From contig NC_068982.1 of the NCBI RefSeq assembly GCF_001194135.2, positions 155,171,505 to 155,235,504 on the forward strand: DNA of 64,000 nt, given 5' to 3'. This DNA is from Octopus bimaculoides (Eukaryota). Shown in pieces: positions 12,786-26,800 of this stretch; the first letter of the stretch is position 1; every line of letters starts with the position of its first letter. The translations under genes and the position numbers were made by a program. The notes beneath the pieces were generated by a model. That model was not told the DNA's origin. It searched no databases and worked only from the letters and a program-made list of their open reading frames with translations.

Positions 12786-13778
12786 AGTTCACTAATTTTT
12801 CTATTAAAACAGATTCAAAAAAGCTGTCTATTATATTTTTATATATAACTTGTTGATTCCCTTCAACAGTTGTTGACTGAAGATCATCACCTGATTCTTT
12901 CATCACTATCAAACAGCATTGATACTACCAGGGAATAGCCAGGTACTTTTGGTCCACACTATAGCTTGCCTTTTATCTTCCTTCATGACACCAAAGGATT
13001 GATTTATTGGGTCATGTTTGCTGAGGTGATATGAAAGGAAAATAAAACATAAACAATTACTTTTGATATTTTGTTATACTTCAGACTTAAGCTGTGAAAA
13101 CTGTTTTCTTCTATCTGTGTTTCTCTTTAATTTGAACTTATTCCTAACTTTAGGATTCTGCTTTCTGCAGTGCTAAGTGGATTGTAAAGAGCAAGGTTTC
13201 ACCTAAACAGGGTGCTTGTCTATCACAGGAAATATCTGGTAACCATTTGGATTGAGTAAAGAAGACTGAAATGTCTATTGTACTGAAATTCAAAACACAT
13301 GAAATAACACCCTAATGAGGGAATCTCTACATGGGTCACTTGGCTAGCTATAAATAACAACCTAATATCTTGTGAAAGTATACATTAAATAAAATAAAAA
13401 CATCCATAAGATCAGATGGTCAAGATGACCATTGATCATAAGTCTAATTAATCAAGGCTGATCTAGAAGTTAATATGAATTGACAATCCCAAAAGTTCCC
13501 TTATTGGCTTGTGGGTAGCTCGATTTTTAGAATAGGTACATCATATTGCAAGATGAAACTAAAAGAATAGGCATTAAGAAGAGTATCTGGTTGTAAAACA
13601 CTGTCTCGTCCAACCCATGCCAACATGACAATACAGACATAAAAAATCATTTTAAGTAGGGGTAAGTACATTGCTCTAGTACACAATATAACTGTACACC
13701 TGATCCGTAACACAAAAGACGAATTAAGTAACATAAAATGTAGTAGTCACAGAGGTAACAAACTTGCATATTTTTTTC

Positions 13779-13784
13779 TTTTAT
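13779..13784 (-). promoter_or_regulatory. Candidate poly(A) signal for FIG4
   Basis: AATAAA on the minus strand ~105 nt after the FIG4 stop; another lies near 13003. Confidence 0.3.
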
Positions 13785-13888
13785 TGGCATTTTACGTAAA
13801 AATTTAGATAAATAGAGCAAAACATTTTAAATGATTTTGTTTTTGCTTATATATTGTTGGTATTTAGCATGGTTTGACCGGGGTATTT

Positions 13889-16800
13889 TTATCGATATTT
13901 ACAATATAAATATCTCCTGTAAGTTTCCATATCTTTTGCCTTTGGTGGACCAGGGCCGTGTTTTCCGCAAAGTACGTAAGATGTGTAAATTTGGTCAGAC
14001 ATTTTATTCACGGGAGGTAACTCCACTTGGTAAACACTATCCAGCTTGAAGGCACTCATTTCCCATCTGAAAATAAACAAATAAGCTAACAATTAATTAC
14101 ACCATGGTTGAATAAAAGCATTTAGAAAGTAGGTACATTGTTATATTCACTTATGGAAGGTTTTTTTTTTTTTTTTCAATTTATTACGTTTTAAAATCTT
14201 TTGTTATCTAAAACTGTTGTAGTACACTCGCACCTAACGATTCTGAAAAGAGAAACAGAAATTCGACTATGAAAGGTTACTATATGTGGAGAAAGCATGG
14301 GAGAACAAGTTCTTCCCAACATAGAGACCAGCTATCCTAGTTGACAGAAGTATAACAGATAGAGCAATTAAAGATATAAAAATACACAAAGCCTCAACTC
14401 CATCAGGAATTACTGTAGTTACACATCAGGTAGTACAGGAAGGTGCCATACACAATGATTGGTGTGACAGCATTAGAGTCAACTGTTAGAAGAGTAAAGG
14501 AGCTGCCATAGACAGAAGTAATTACAGAGGTCTCAAATTGCTGGACCAGGACATAAAAGTTACAGAAAGTGTTACAGTTCAATTAATTATGTAGACAATT
14601 AGTCTAAATAAGATTCAGTTTGGTTTTGTGCCAGAGAGTACTACTGATGCACTCTATCCTAGTAAGACAACTGCAGGAGAAGTATTTAGCTAAAAGTAAG
14701 TTATTTTACAGGAGAAAACTTTGACAAGGGCTTCGATTCAGTGATCCAGAGGTCTCTGAGCAAGATAAGACAAGGCAAATGACTTGTGTGAGTCATACAA
14801 ACCATGTAAAGTGGTGCTGTCAGTAACATGAGGGTTAGTAACAAATTTAGTATGCAAAGAGTTCACCTGAAATCAGTTTTCAGTCCCCTTCCATTTATCA
14901 TAGCTCACCATAACACAGAGTAACTTAAAACTACTAGCCCTTGGAAACTACCATATTTTGATGACTTCATTCTTATAAAGGAATTTGTAGTAGAATTAGA
15001 AAAGAAATTCCATTTGTAGGAGCAAAATCTGGAATCAAAGGGCCTAGCAAAGTTCTAGTAAGAAAACAGGACTTTACTCCCTTCAGTGAAATGGCCTTAT
15101 TCGATATTCAGATAAAGTAATAGCAGAAATTCCATATTGGTAAACCTAGTGAAAGCTATGGACATACAAGAGGCACAGCAGAACCACAAGAAGGTTAACA
15201 GAAAAAGCAGACTTTGTGTGATGTGCAGGAATAATAAACATTACAAACAAGAAGAATAGATTGAAAGGAGCTTGCAAAAGATACGGAAAAATTGGTCTCA
15301 GGATAATCATTCCCAAGAAGGAGATGGCAAATGATTGCAGCAAGTGGAGAGAGATGCTGGAGAAGACCTTTCAAACATGGACTAAAGAGTGTAAAATAAT
15401 GATGATAGTAATAGGAAAAGATAAAAAGATTGTAATTAGAAATAAGGGATACTACTTACAATTGATCGGTTATCTTTCTGGTATTTTTGTCTTGAATTGA
15501 CGGTGGTTTATACCAGCTATCTCCAAACTGGGCATACCTATTTAGAAAAGAAAGGTCCAAGTAAAGAAAAACCATAAAATTTCAACCAATTTCAGTTTTT
15601 GTTTTCTTTGTGTTTGGAAGAACACACATTGCCCATGAATTGTAGACCCTCCAAGACTAGTGACCAAGGATTTCAAGGGAAGAAAGGACTGGTAATAATG
15701 GTCAGTGTGGGGTCATGGGGATGGAAACACTATGAGTGGAAAGATGAATAGAACAGAAATACCCAGCGGTAAGGGTATAAAATCAGCCAATTCCAAGAAA
15801 CAGAGGTCATTATAGTAGCAAAAGAAAAAAAATCAGAAGAGACAGCATGCTAGAGCATATCTATTAGTGATTGAATTCCAACTGGTCAAGTGACCTTTCT
15901 CTGGATGCAGTTTTTTACATACCTTTCATAGATACACAATCCTTGTTTTGAAGGCTGGTTGATGTTAAAATCATAAACCTGCTTTGTAGTTGGGAAAACA
16001 TCCTAAAAAGAAAACATCCAAGAAAACTATATTAGAAGATAACACAAGGAGTTTTAATCCATCACTCACTTTAACAAATTTAGTTACATGGAAAGCATTG
16101 AGGTCAAGTCTCCAGTATAAAGATAAGCGATTCCCTTTATCCTGTCTGCAATGGAAGCCCTAAAGAGAATCTTTCTCTGGCTAAGCTATTAAAATGAAGT
16201 CAGAAGTAATTGAAGAAATATCCAACTGAAGACTAAAAGTAAAAATAAAAATACAAGAAAGAAAAATATATTTTATATTTAATGACATACCAAAGAGATA
16301 ATTCATAATTATTATTACTGTTGTGATTACTTATATATTTAGTTTACTGCTGTAATTATATATACATGTATGTGTGACGGGGCATGATTCTATGGTGAAG
16401 AAATTTGTCTCACAACAAGGTTCAGAAACTTTATGCAAACATGGCAAAATAGATGTTAAAATGATGATAATGATGACAGGATCTTTTCAGTTTCCATCTA
16501 CCAAATATGGAGACTCAGATTTTGATTTCACTGTATAGCAATCTGAACAAGTGTCTCCTATCATATCTTCTGATCAACCAAAGTCCTGTGAGAATAATTT
16601 CATAGATGGGAACTGCACAGAAGAGCTTATGGGTTACGAATCCAGTCTGATAACATCTCCGATCAGCCATAAAGGGTACTGCCTTTTTCCTTCTGATGAA
16701 GCTATCTAAAAAAATAATTCACTAGGTGCAGGCATAGCTGTATGGTAAGAAGCTTGCCTCCCAACCACATGGTTCCAGGTTCAGTCCCACTGCATGACAC

Positions 16801-19800
16801 CTTGGGCAAGTGTCTTCTAATATAGTCTTGAGCCAACCAAAGCCATGTGAGTGGATTTGGTAGACAGAAAGTGAAAGAAGCCCGTCATATATATATTTGT
16901 GTTTGTGTTTGTCCCCAACCACTGCTTGACAACTGGTGTTGGTGTGTTTATGCCCCTATAACCTAGCAGTTCAGCAAAAGAAACCAATAGATAAGTACCA
17001 GGCTTTAAAAAAAAAAGTAAGTACTGGGGTCTTCAAGGTGGTGCTCCAGCATGGCCACAGTCTAATGACTGAAACAAGTAAAAGATAAAGATATCCTGAA
17101 TCTCCCTACCATACACTCCATTCTTCCAAGAAACAACAGTGTAAAACTTCAGCTGTTCATCAGAGAAAGAATCAAAGATAAAAAAGCAACAAAGAAGGAA
17201 ACAGGTATGGTTTACCTTAAAAGAAATCTGTTTGTTTTCTATTGTTGAATTATCAGAGTTGGAATCATCAGAGAAGTCAACATCACCATCCACTTCATCA
17301 CTCTCACTACTACTAAGACTGTCTTCACCTCCTCCTCCTCCAACACGACTACCTGCTTCACTGCCTCCACTGTTACCTCCTCCTCCTCCACTCCCACTCC
17401 CAATGAGATTGGAAGCATTTGCAGGTTCACTTTTGTTACTTATTGATGCTTCAAGACTGGAAAAAGAATAGAAGAACACAGCATCATCAGTCATCTTTAT
17501 TATTTTGAAACATATATTACATTTTAAGTCAAATAAAACCAAAATCATAGCATTGGCCAGTCCCCCCCCCCTCGACTGGCTCTCGTTCCGGTGGTACGTA
17601 AAATGCATCATCTGAACATGATCAATGCCAGTGCCCTCTGACTGGCTCCCATGCCAGTGGCACATAAAAGGAACCATCCAAACGTGATCGATGCCAGGCC
17701 GCCTGACTGGCTCCTGTGCCGGTGGCACGTAAAAGGCACCCACTACACCCTCGGAGTGGTCAGCATTAGGAAGGACATCCAGCTGTAGAAATATAGCCAG
17801 ATCAGATTGGAGCCTGGTGCAGTCACTGGCTTCCCAGACCTCAGTCAAACCGCCCAACCCATGCCAGCATGTAAAACAGATGTTAAATGATGACGATGAT
17901 GATGATATATTACATTTTTAAAAATAGTTTTAATCAGGTTGATGATAAACATTCTTCTTCTTCTCTCCCTTTCTGTCTCTTTCAGAGAGGGATGGGTCCT
18001 ATCAAATTTAGATGCCTAAGATATGTTATATGTTACGACCCCATCAGGACTTAATGACTCAAGTCAAGGCAGGAAGTCATTGTCATCATCACCACCATTA
18101 TCATAATGATCATGATTATCATCAGCACAAGCGCTGACATCGCATATGCTTAAGATATTTGCTTTACAGTCATGTATTTCTAAGTTTGATCCCACTATGC
18201 AGCATCTTGGGTCTTCTGCCATAGACTCAGATCAACCCAAGCCTTTCCAACACAATTGCATGAATAGAGTGTGCAAAAGACCATCAGAGGAACTGTACCT
18301 AGTACATGTGGTAGACTTAGTACGTTGTCCAATTTAATACCACCACCTGATCTTTGTGTGCCCTTTGGTCCACTCTGTCAGAAACATTCATACCAGATAT
18401 CCAGTGTCAGGATTACTCAATCTTTGTATGATTTCCTTCTTAAACAAATTGCCCCTTTTAATCTCAGAGACCCTGCAAAAGGGTCACTTCTTCAGTAAAT
18501 CATAAAATATTGGTCATCAAAGTAATGATAATCATGTTATATTAATAGTGCACATCTGCTGTTCTATCTATTAAGCTTCCTACATAAAAAAAAACAATAA
18601 ATTCCTTACCTCTGGTCATCAATTGGTCGCTCTGGGTTGACACGAATGGAAAATGGGCTGTAATCTGTGGCATGTTTAGGCATCACATTCCTTGAGTAAA
18701 TGAAATACAAGAGATTGAAGCAACCACATAGACAATTAGACATCAGGAAGTTAAATCATTATATAATCATTAAACACACAGCGAGATCGTTGCCAGTGCT
18801 GCTGGACTGGCTCCTGTGCAGGTGGCACATAAAATACACCATTTTGAGCGTGGCTGTTGCCAGTACTGCCTGACTGGCCTTCGTGCCGGTGGCACGTAAA
18901 AGCACCCACTACACTCTCGGAGTGGTTGGCGTTAGGAAGGGCATCCAGCTGTAGAAACTCTGCCAAATCAGATTGGAGCCTGGTGTAGCCATCTGGTTCA
19001 CCAGTCCTCAGTCAAATCGTCCAACCCATGCTAGCAAGGAAAGCAGACGTTAAACAATGATGATGATGATGATGACACACATATGGACTACAGTGGAATT
19101 CAAATTTGATAAAGCTGTAAATAATAGTATGTAAATATTTGTTTTTTTAAGTTTCTAAATTCTTATGAAACAATAATATCTGTAATAATATTCATTTAGG
19201 TAAACTCATGTTTACAAACTAGATTTCAAAAAGTACTAACTATAAGAACAAGAGTTTATAGTTTTGGGGTTATGTTTTTTTTTAATTTAAAGCTGAAACT
19301 TCATAAGTTACAACTGCTAGTTTAATGTTGGTAATCCTCAAAGAATTAGGAACCAGAAACTAGTACTTGTAATTTATGAAGTTTTAGCTTAAAAACAAAA
19401 GTTATATATATTATTTTCACAATCTTGTAATGGTGAAAAGCAGAGTCAGCCTGGGTGCAAAATGACAGAAACAAATACAAGATAGGTTAGTGGTGATGTT
19501 TTGAGGGGAAGGGGCAGTGATGGTTACATAGTATTTAAGGTGGCGATGGTGGTGGGAGTGGTGCCATTCATCAAAGAGATCATGATGAAAAGATGCTGAT
19601 ATACTTTGAAGCTCTAACAAAACAACCATTAATGGATAAAGTAGTCCTAGAAACACTATGTCTCTGAATAAAAGACAGGATAAATGGTAATGTTTGGGAA
19701 TGTCTTTGAGGAACACGGGTCTGCTAGATCTAAATAAACAAGTTTGTGAAGTGGGAAAGGGATTAAACAACAACAAGGAAAAATATATTGGATGATGTCT

Positions 19801-20827
19801 GAATAAAAGATGGAAGGTCAAGGCTGGGAACATCTTTGATCATAAGTCTGCTAGATAGAGTGGATTTGGAGTAAAACAACATCAAGAACACAACGATGAA
19901 ACACTGCAAAGTTCATCCACCTACCTTACCCTACGAAATTGTTCCTTACCTTATGGAATGGGTGAGTGTAAAAGCAAATAGCTCTTCCAATGATGTCAAT
20001 TCATAAGGATGATAATGTTCTGCAAATTCATCCACACACTCATCTGTTCTTCTGTTCACAGAAACATGCAATTGGTCGTTTAATCCTTTTTCCTCTGTAA
20101 CAAAAAGAAGTGTATGGATGAGCATTGCTCCTCTTGGCTGACTCATCGTACCAACTCTGAAAGAATTTTAGTTCCCAGATGAATGTTAATTAGGCTAAAC
20201 CTGAGGCTTAGCTTAATTAAAACTAACAAGACATCAGCATAGGTATAGCTGTATGATTAAAGAGTTTGTTTCACAACCACATGGTTCTAAGTTTGACTTT
20301 ACTGCATGGTGCTTTGAGCAAATGTTTCTACTTGAGCTTCAAGTTAACCAATACTTTGTGAATAGAATTTGGTAAACAGAAGCTGCACAGAGCCTGACAT
20401 ATATATGATGTAGCATGCAGGTATGGTTGTGTAGTGAAGAGATTCACTTTACAACTACTACATGGTTTTGGGTTCAAATCCACCTTGGGCAAGTATCTTC
20501 CAACATAAACTTCAGTTGACCCAACAACATGAGAATGAAATTTCAGTGGCATGTACAAAGCACCATCCGAATGTGGTCAATGCCAGCCCCCTCACCCCAT
20601 CTGGCTCCTATGCCAGTGGCACATAAAAAGCACCCACTACACTCTCAGAGTGGTTGGCATTAGGAAGGGCATCCAGCTGTAGAAACACTGCCAGACCAGA
20701 TTGGAACCTGGCGCAGCCTCCTGGCTTGCCAGACCCCAGTCAAACCGTCCAACCCATGCCAGCATGGGAAACGGACGATGATGATGATGATGAAGATGAA
20801 CTGTACTAAAGCATATATCCACCTATA

Positions 20828-20860
<33 letters not shown>

Positions 20861-23800
20861 CTACACACACACACACACACACACACACGCATATACGTGC
20901 ATGTGTGTTAGTCTTCAAATAGCCTCATATTGACACCACTAGAGTACAGTGATATTGGTTTATGTCCCAGCTCTTGGGTTCTATTTGCTAATTCCAGTGG
21001 CAAAACTCATACAATACTGACCCAAGAAATCTCATCCAATCCATACCAGTATGGAAAAAGCAGGCATAAAAATTATGATGATATGTTTGTGTATGTGTGT
21101 TTAGCATTGGATATGTAGATAGCATCAAGTTATGCAACCAACTACCTACATGTCAACAACAGAGCTTTGACATAGTCATTCAACTTGCTAGATATAGCAG
21201 CAAAACTTCTTATTGTGCACACATTGAATAATGTAGTACTAATTATGCACAAAAACAAAATAGTTTCATCAGCATGATAAAAAACGGTTGATGTAAAATA
21301 GTAAAAATAATCTAACAATGTAAAGTTACTGTTCAATGAATTTGTTTGGTTTCAAAAACTAAAACAAAAATTTTAAATAAATTTCTCCAAGCTGCTGACT
21401 TACCTTCATCTAGTGGTAAAGGTAGATGGTATGGCACATTGGGATCCCACCACTGACAGTAGCTGAAAGTAAGATAAAGGTTAGATTTAGTAAATTATAA
21501 TATAAAAGGAAACGCATAGTTAAACTAATATTATGATCTTTGGCCCACAGACACTGTTCATCATCTCCCTCTTTGTTCTAACCCTACAACTACATCATCC
21601 TCTGCTCCTCTGAACTAGCAAGTTGGAGAGCTCCTCTGTCACCCTGACTAGGTCTCATGGTGCTAACCTTGTCTCTAATTGTGTCTCATGGTGCCACGCT
21701 AACCTTTTTCCCTATATCACCTTTCAAGAATTCCTTTCCCACCAATATGTTTCCTGCAGACAAATATTTAGAAATGTTCAAGCTAAAGACACACCACCCT
21801 CAGTGGACCTTTGAAGGCTACAAGGAACAACACCAGAGCATGAGTACAACTCGAAACCAAACCATTAAAAAGTAATAGGTTAGGTAATACAAAATAAAAT
21901 GAAAAAAAAAACACAAGAAGAAAACAACAATACAAGGATGTAGTAAATGCAAAGTATTAAAAGACGCTCAGGGAAGCAAAGAAAGGTTGTTTTACATTTA
22001 GCTACACAGCTTTCAGGTGAAATGGTTGATATTAAGGAGACTTGTGAATAAAACACATCATTTTATTATTATTTTTAGCTTTAAAATATGAGAACTGTGC
22101 ACAGTTCTGTGAGGAAGTGTTTATGTGTATGTAAATATGCAGAAGAATACGTGTATCATCATCATCGTTTAACGTCCGCCTTCCATGCTAGCATGGGTTG
22201 GACGATTTGACTGAGGACTGGTGAAACCGGATGGCAACACCAGGCTCCAATCTAATTTGGCAGTGTTTCTACAGCTGGATGCCCTTCCTAACGCCAACCA
22301 CTCAGAGAGTGTAGTGGGTGCTTTTACGTGTCACCCGCTCGAAATGGTGTCTTTAATGTGCCACCCGCACAAGAGCCAGTCCAGGGGCACTGGCAACGAT
22401 CTCGCTCGAAAACCCTACAAAGGCCAATCAGGCGGTATATATATATNNNNNNNNNNNNNNNNNNNNNNNNNNNNNNNNNNNNNNNNNNNNNNNNNNNNNN
22501 NNNNNNNNNNNNNNNNNNNNNNNNNNNNNNNNNNNNNNNNNNNNNNNNNNNNNNNNNNNNNNNNNNNNNNNNNNNNNNNNNNNNNNNNNNNNNNNNNNNN
22601 NNNNNNNNNNNNNNNNNNNNNNNNNNNNNNNNNNNNNNNNNNNNNNNNNNNNNNNNNNNNNNNNNNNNNNNNNNNNNNNNNNNNNNNNNNNNNNNNNNNN
22701 NNNNNNNNNNNNNNNNNNNNNNNNNNNNNNNNNNNNNNNNNNNNNNNNNNNNNNNNNNNNNNNNNNNNNNNNNNNNNNNNNNNNNNNNNNNNNNNNNNNN
22801 NNNNNNNNNNNNNNNNNNNNNNNNNNNNNNNNNNNNNNNNNNNNNNNNNNNNNNNNNNNNNNNNNNNNNNNNNNNNNNNNNNNNNNNNNNNNNNNNNNNN
22901 NNNNNNNNNNNNNNNNNNNNNNNNNNNNNNNNNNNNNNNNNNNNNNNNNNNNNNNNNNNNNNNNNNNNNNNNNNNNNNNNNNNNNNNNNNNNNNNNNNNN
23001 NNNNNNNNNNNNNNNNNNNNNNNNNNNNNNNNNNNNNNNNNNNNNNNNNNNNNNNNNNNNNNNNNNNNNNNNNNNNNNNNNNNNNNNNNNNNNNNNNNNN
23101 NNNNNNNNNNNNNNNNNNNNNNNNNNNNNNNNNNNNNNNNNNNNNNNNNNNNNNNNNNNNNNNNNNNNNNNNNNNNNNNNNNNNNNNNNNNNNNNNNNNN
23201 NNNNNNNNNNNNNNNNNNNNNNNNNNNNNNNNNNNNNNNNNNNNNNNNNNNNNNNNNNNNNNNNNNNNNNNNNNNNNNNNNNNNNNNNNNNNNNNNNNNN
23301 NNNNNNNNNNNNNNNNNNNNNNNNNNNNNNTGATGATAGTGATGAAAAGCTATGTTAAAACAGAGTAAGCAGGGATTTTTTTTTTTTTTGTTATATAAGA
23401 CCGTAAACAAATGTAGTTAAGCATTTTACCTCTTTCTTGAAAGCAACTTCTTTCCAAAACAGTCAGGGTTGTGAAGATAGTAATCAGTTGAGAGTTCCCA
23501 TAAATTTGGTGTTCTAGAGTTTGGACTGTAAACTCCAAGAAATAAATTAATTGATTGCTGCTTCTCGGCATCTGGTTACAAGAAATACCAGCATATAATA
23601 AGAGTCAAGAAAAGAATTTGTTGAAGAAGGAGAAATGATAATTCATTAACAAGATAAGTTTAATAATTGAAACAGGTGAAAAGGAAACAGATTCAGAGGA
23701 AGGTGTTGCTGGTTTGTGACAACAAAAATTATACACAGAAGTATGTGAATTTGGGCAAGTTTGTATGTCATGTGGTGAACACAGCATGACCAGAAGATAA

Positions 23801-26800
23801 AAAAGTTTGCTTTGCAATCACAAGATCTCAGGTTTAATCCCATTGTATATCATCTTCAGCAAGTATCTTTTATCATTAACTTGAGCTGACCCAAGCTTCT
23901 TGAATGAAACAGGATATATACACAAATTGAGTGGAAAGCCACCAGATGAACTGAACTTATAATTCACACACAATGCAATGCCATGTTGATTCTGTCTGAA
24001 ACAAATGTTAAGGATATACATGCTTGTGTGTGCGTGTGGAATACTCAGATACTTACATGCTAATTCAATGAGCAGGGAATTAAGTTAACCAAAATCTCAT
24101 CATTGAAACTGACAGAGACTCATTCACCTTTATTTTTATACCATGTAGTAAGGAGGAATCTGATGCTTTAGAGATGTTCCTTCATTTATCTTTTTACTTT
24201 CACTCAAAGATACAGGCTCAGTAACTTACCAGAGAATGCATTGCTATAGTAACGAGATATGGTCTGAACCAAATCTCGAGAGTTATATGTCCAGGTGGCA
24301 ATTTTGCGGTAACCTTTGATTCTGTGTACCAGCTGAGAGCCACCGTATTGAAGGGCTAATGTGTTTCCTTGGTCTTCATATAGTTTTTCCAACATTCTAA
24401 AAGAAGTAAACAGAATACAATAAAATAAATGCAAAGTAAAACATCTGGAATCCAAGGAAATTGGTGATTTTCTGTGACAGCAATAATTAGTCTATAAGAG
24501 AGATTGCTGAGTCTACTTGCTGCGCAGAATGTAGAATATGTTTCTGGATTTGCTCTTTGTCTCACCACACCACTTTTTCTCTGACTTTCATTTACAGACA
24601 AAGAGCAAGCACCAAAACATTAGTTAATACACTCCTCATAGCAACTAAAATAACTGAACTTTCCTATGAAATAAAAATGGTTTTAAAAATTAAATGCTTT
24701 GGTTCTTGAATAAAAGGCAAATTATTAATAATATTTTTTTTTATGGCTTTATGAAAAGAAGAAGAATAGTGACTATGATCATCACAGAACCTCAAAGACT
24801 GGTGAATTGAAATGGAGGAAGAAATAATGACTTATAGGTTACTGCAGTAGGAAATAGTATATCAAAGTATCGAGATTTCTATACTTCAATGAAAGACCTT
24901 ACAGATTTAAAGCATAATGGACACATATATTTTAGTGTTAAACCAAGCAATGGGTTAATGTAATTATGTCTGTTGTGGTTTGAAGCTGTCTAAGCATAAT
25001 TAGACATAATGGAATTTGCAAAAGAGAAGTAATAATGATCTTGCTAGCAGGTAATTTTTGAATACTCAGGAAATTAAGAGTGAACAGGTGTGGGGTACAT
25101 AATGGTCAGATACCAGTGATGACCAGTGGTGACACGTAAAAAAGCACCATGCAAGTGTGGTCGATGCCAGTGCCACCTGACTGGCTCCCATGCCGGTGGC
25201 ATGTGAAAAGCACCCAATACACTCTCAGAGTGGTTGGCATTAGGAAGGGCATCCAGCTGTAGAAATCTTGCCAGATCAGATTGGAGCCTGGTGCAGCTTC
25301 CTGGCTTGCCAGTCATCAGTCAAACCATCCAACCCATGCCAGCATGGAAAGTGGACGTTAAACAATGATGATGACGATGATGACGAGGAGGAGGNNNNNN
25401 NNNNNNNNNNNNNNNNNNNNNNNNNNNNNNNNNNNNNNNNNNNNNNNNNNNNNNNNNNNNNNNNNNNNNNNNNNNNNNGGAGGAGGAGGAGGAGGAGGAG
25501 GAGGAGGACTGGTCATTTCCCTTCGTCATAAATCAAACCAATGTCTCCTAAACCCCAAGGGGCTTTTAAGGAAGTTCAGTGCTTCACAACAATACAACAA
25601 AGTTGGCAATTTTTCTCTGTTACTGCATGACAAAGGACCAACAAGCTGTGAGGTACTGTGAGACTTGTCCAATCCATGCAAGCATTGTAAAAGCAAAGAT
25701 AAACTGATGATGATGATGATAAAGACATTGGTGGCAGCGGTGAGAACAGGACAACAATGACAAAGAGAATGATACAACAGGAAATAATAAAAAAAATGTT
25801 CTTACCTTACACAGTCTGTATCATATTCTAAATTGGGGCTAGAATTAACTCCCATAGCATACAACTGAAAAAAAATGTAAAAGGTAAAGACAAGACCAAC
25901 ACCTGGAGGTGGCTAAGGAAAAATGATCTGAAAGGATGCATTGAAGTATTGATATATTGCACTGATTTTTTTCTTTTCTCTCATAGAAATCAGCATTTTC
26001 AATTTCACAGTACCTCACCTGTTAGCATCTTTAGATGTAAAACCTTGTTGTCCCTTCACATCTCTGGCTGGGATTTGAGTGCAACTTGTATAAATTAAAG
26101 CAAAGCCAAAACACAATAATAATAATAAATTCTAACATAATTAGACACAAAGCAATACATTTTCAGAGGGAGGCATGTAGTCAATAAGTTGCAATATTTA
26201 ACAAGTACTTATTTTACTGACCCCCACCCCTACAGTAAATCAGGATTGTCACAGTTTCAGCAAATCAGATCAGGTCACAAGCCGAACACACACAACTCAG
26301 AAATAATACAATTGTTTACTTAGAAATAGTAGTTACCTGATATCCCAAAGCACATTTGCCAACAGCAAACTGTGCTGTGTTTGTGCGATCAAGGCAATCA
26401 ACACAGTTTGTTCTCACTACTCCAGTTTGCTTTTTTCCATATTCGGTCTTTACTCCTCGAATTCCTTTAAGTCTGAAGACAATATGACAAAACAGAAAAG
26501 CCTTAAGGACAAGAATCATTTTTATCACTAAAAGTAAACACTTATTTGTTTCATATGCTTTTTAAAACCCCTTCCTGAGTATACTTCTAATGAAATACAA
26601 AATCCAGATGTTTCAATTAATTTTCAAAATAATCAAAAACTTAGAGGGATTTAGTACAGTGTTGTTGTTGGCACTCCATCGCTTACGACGTTGAGGGTTC
26701 CAGTTGATCCGATCAACAGAACAGCCTGCTCATGAAATTAACGTGCAAGTGGCTGAGCACTCCACAGACACGTGTACCCTTAACGTAGTTCTCGGGGATA

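Noticed and set aside
12640-12912. Minus-strand 90-aa ORF as a FIG4 last exon
   Set aside because: FIG4 already terminates at 13889 with the conserved C-terminus, and this ORF shows no recognisable similarity.
17033-17857. 274-aa single-exon ORF
   Set aside because: A chimera of antisense retroposon sequence, intron and FIG4 exon 20.
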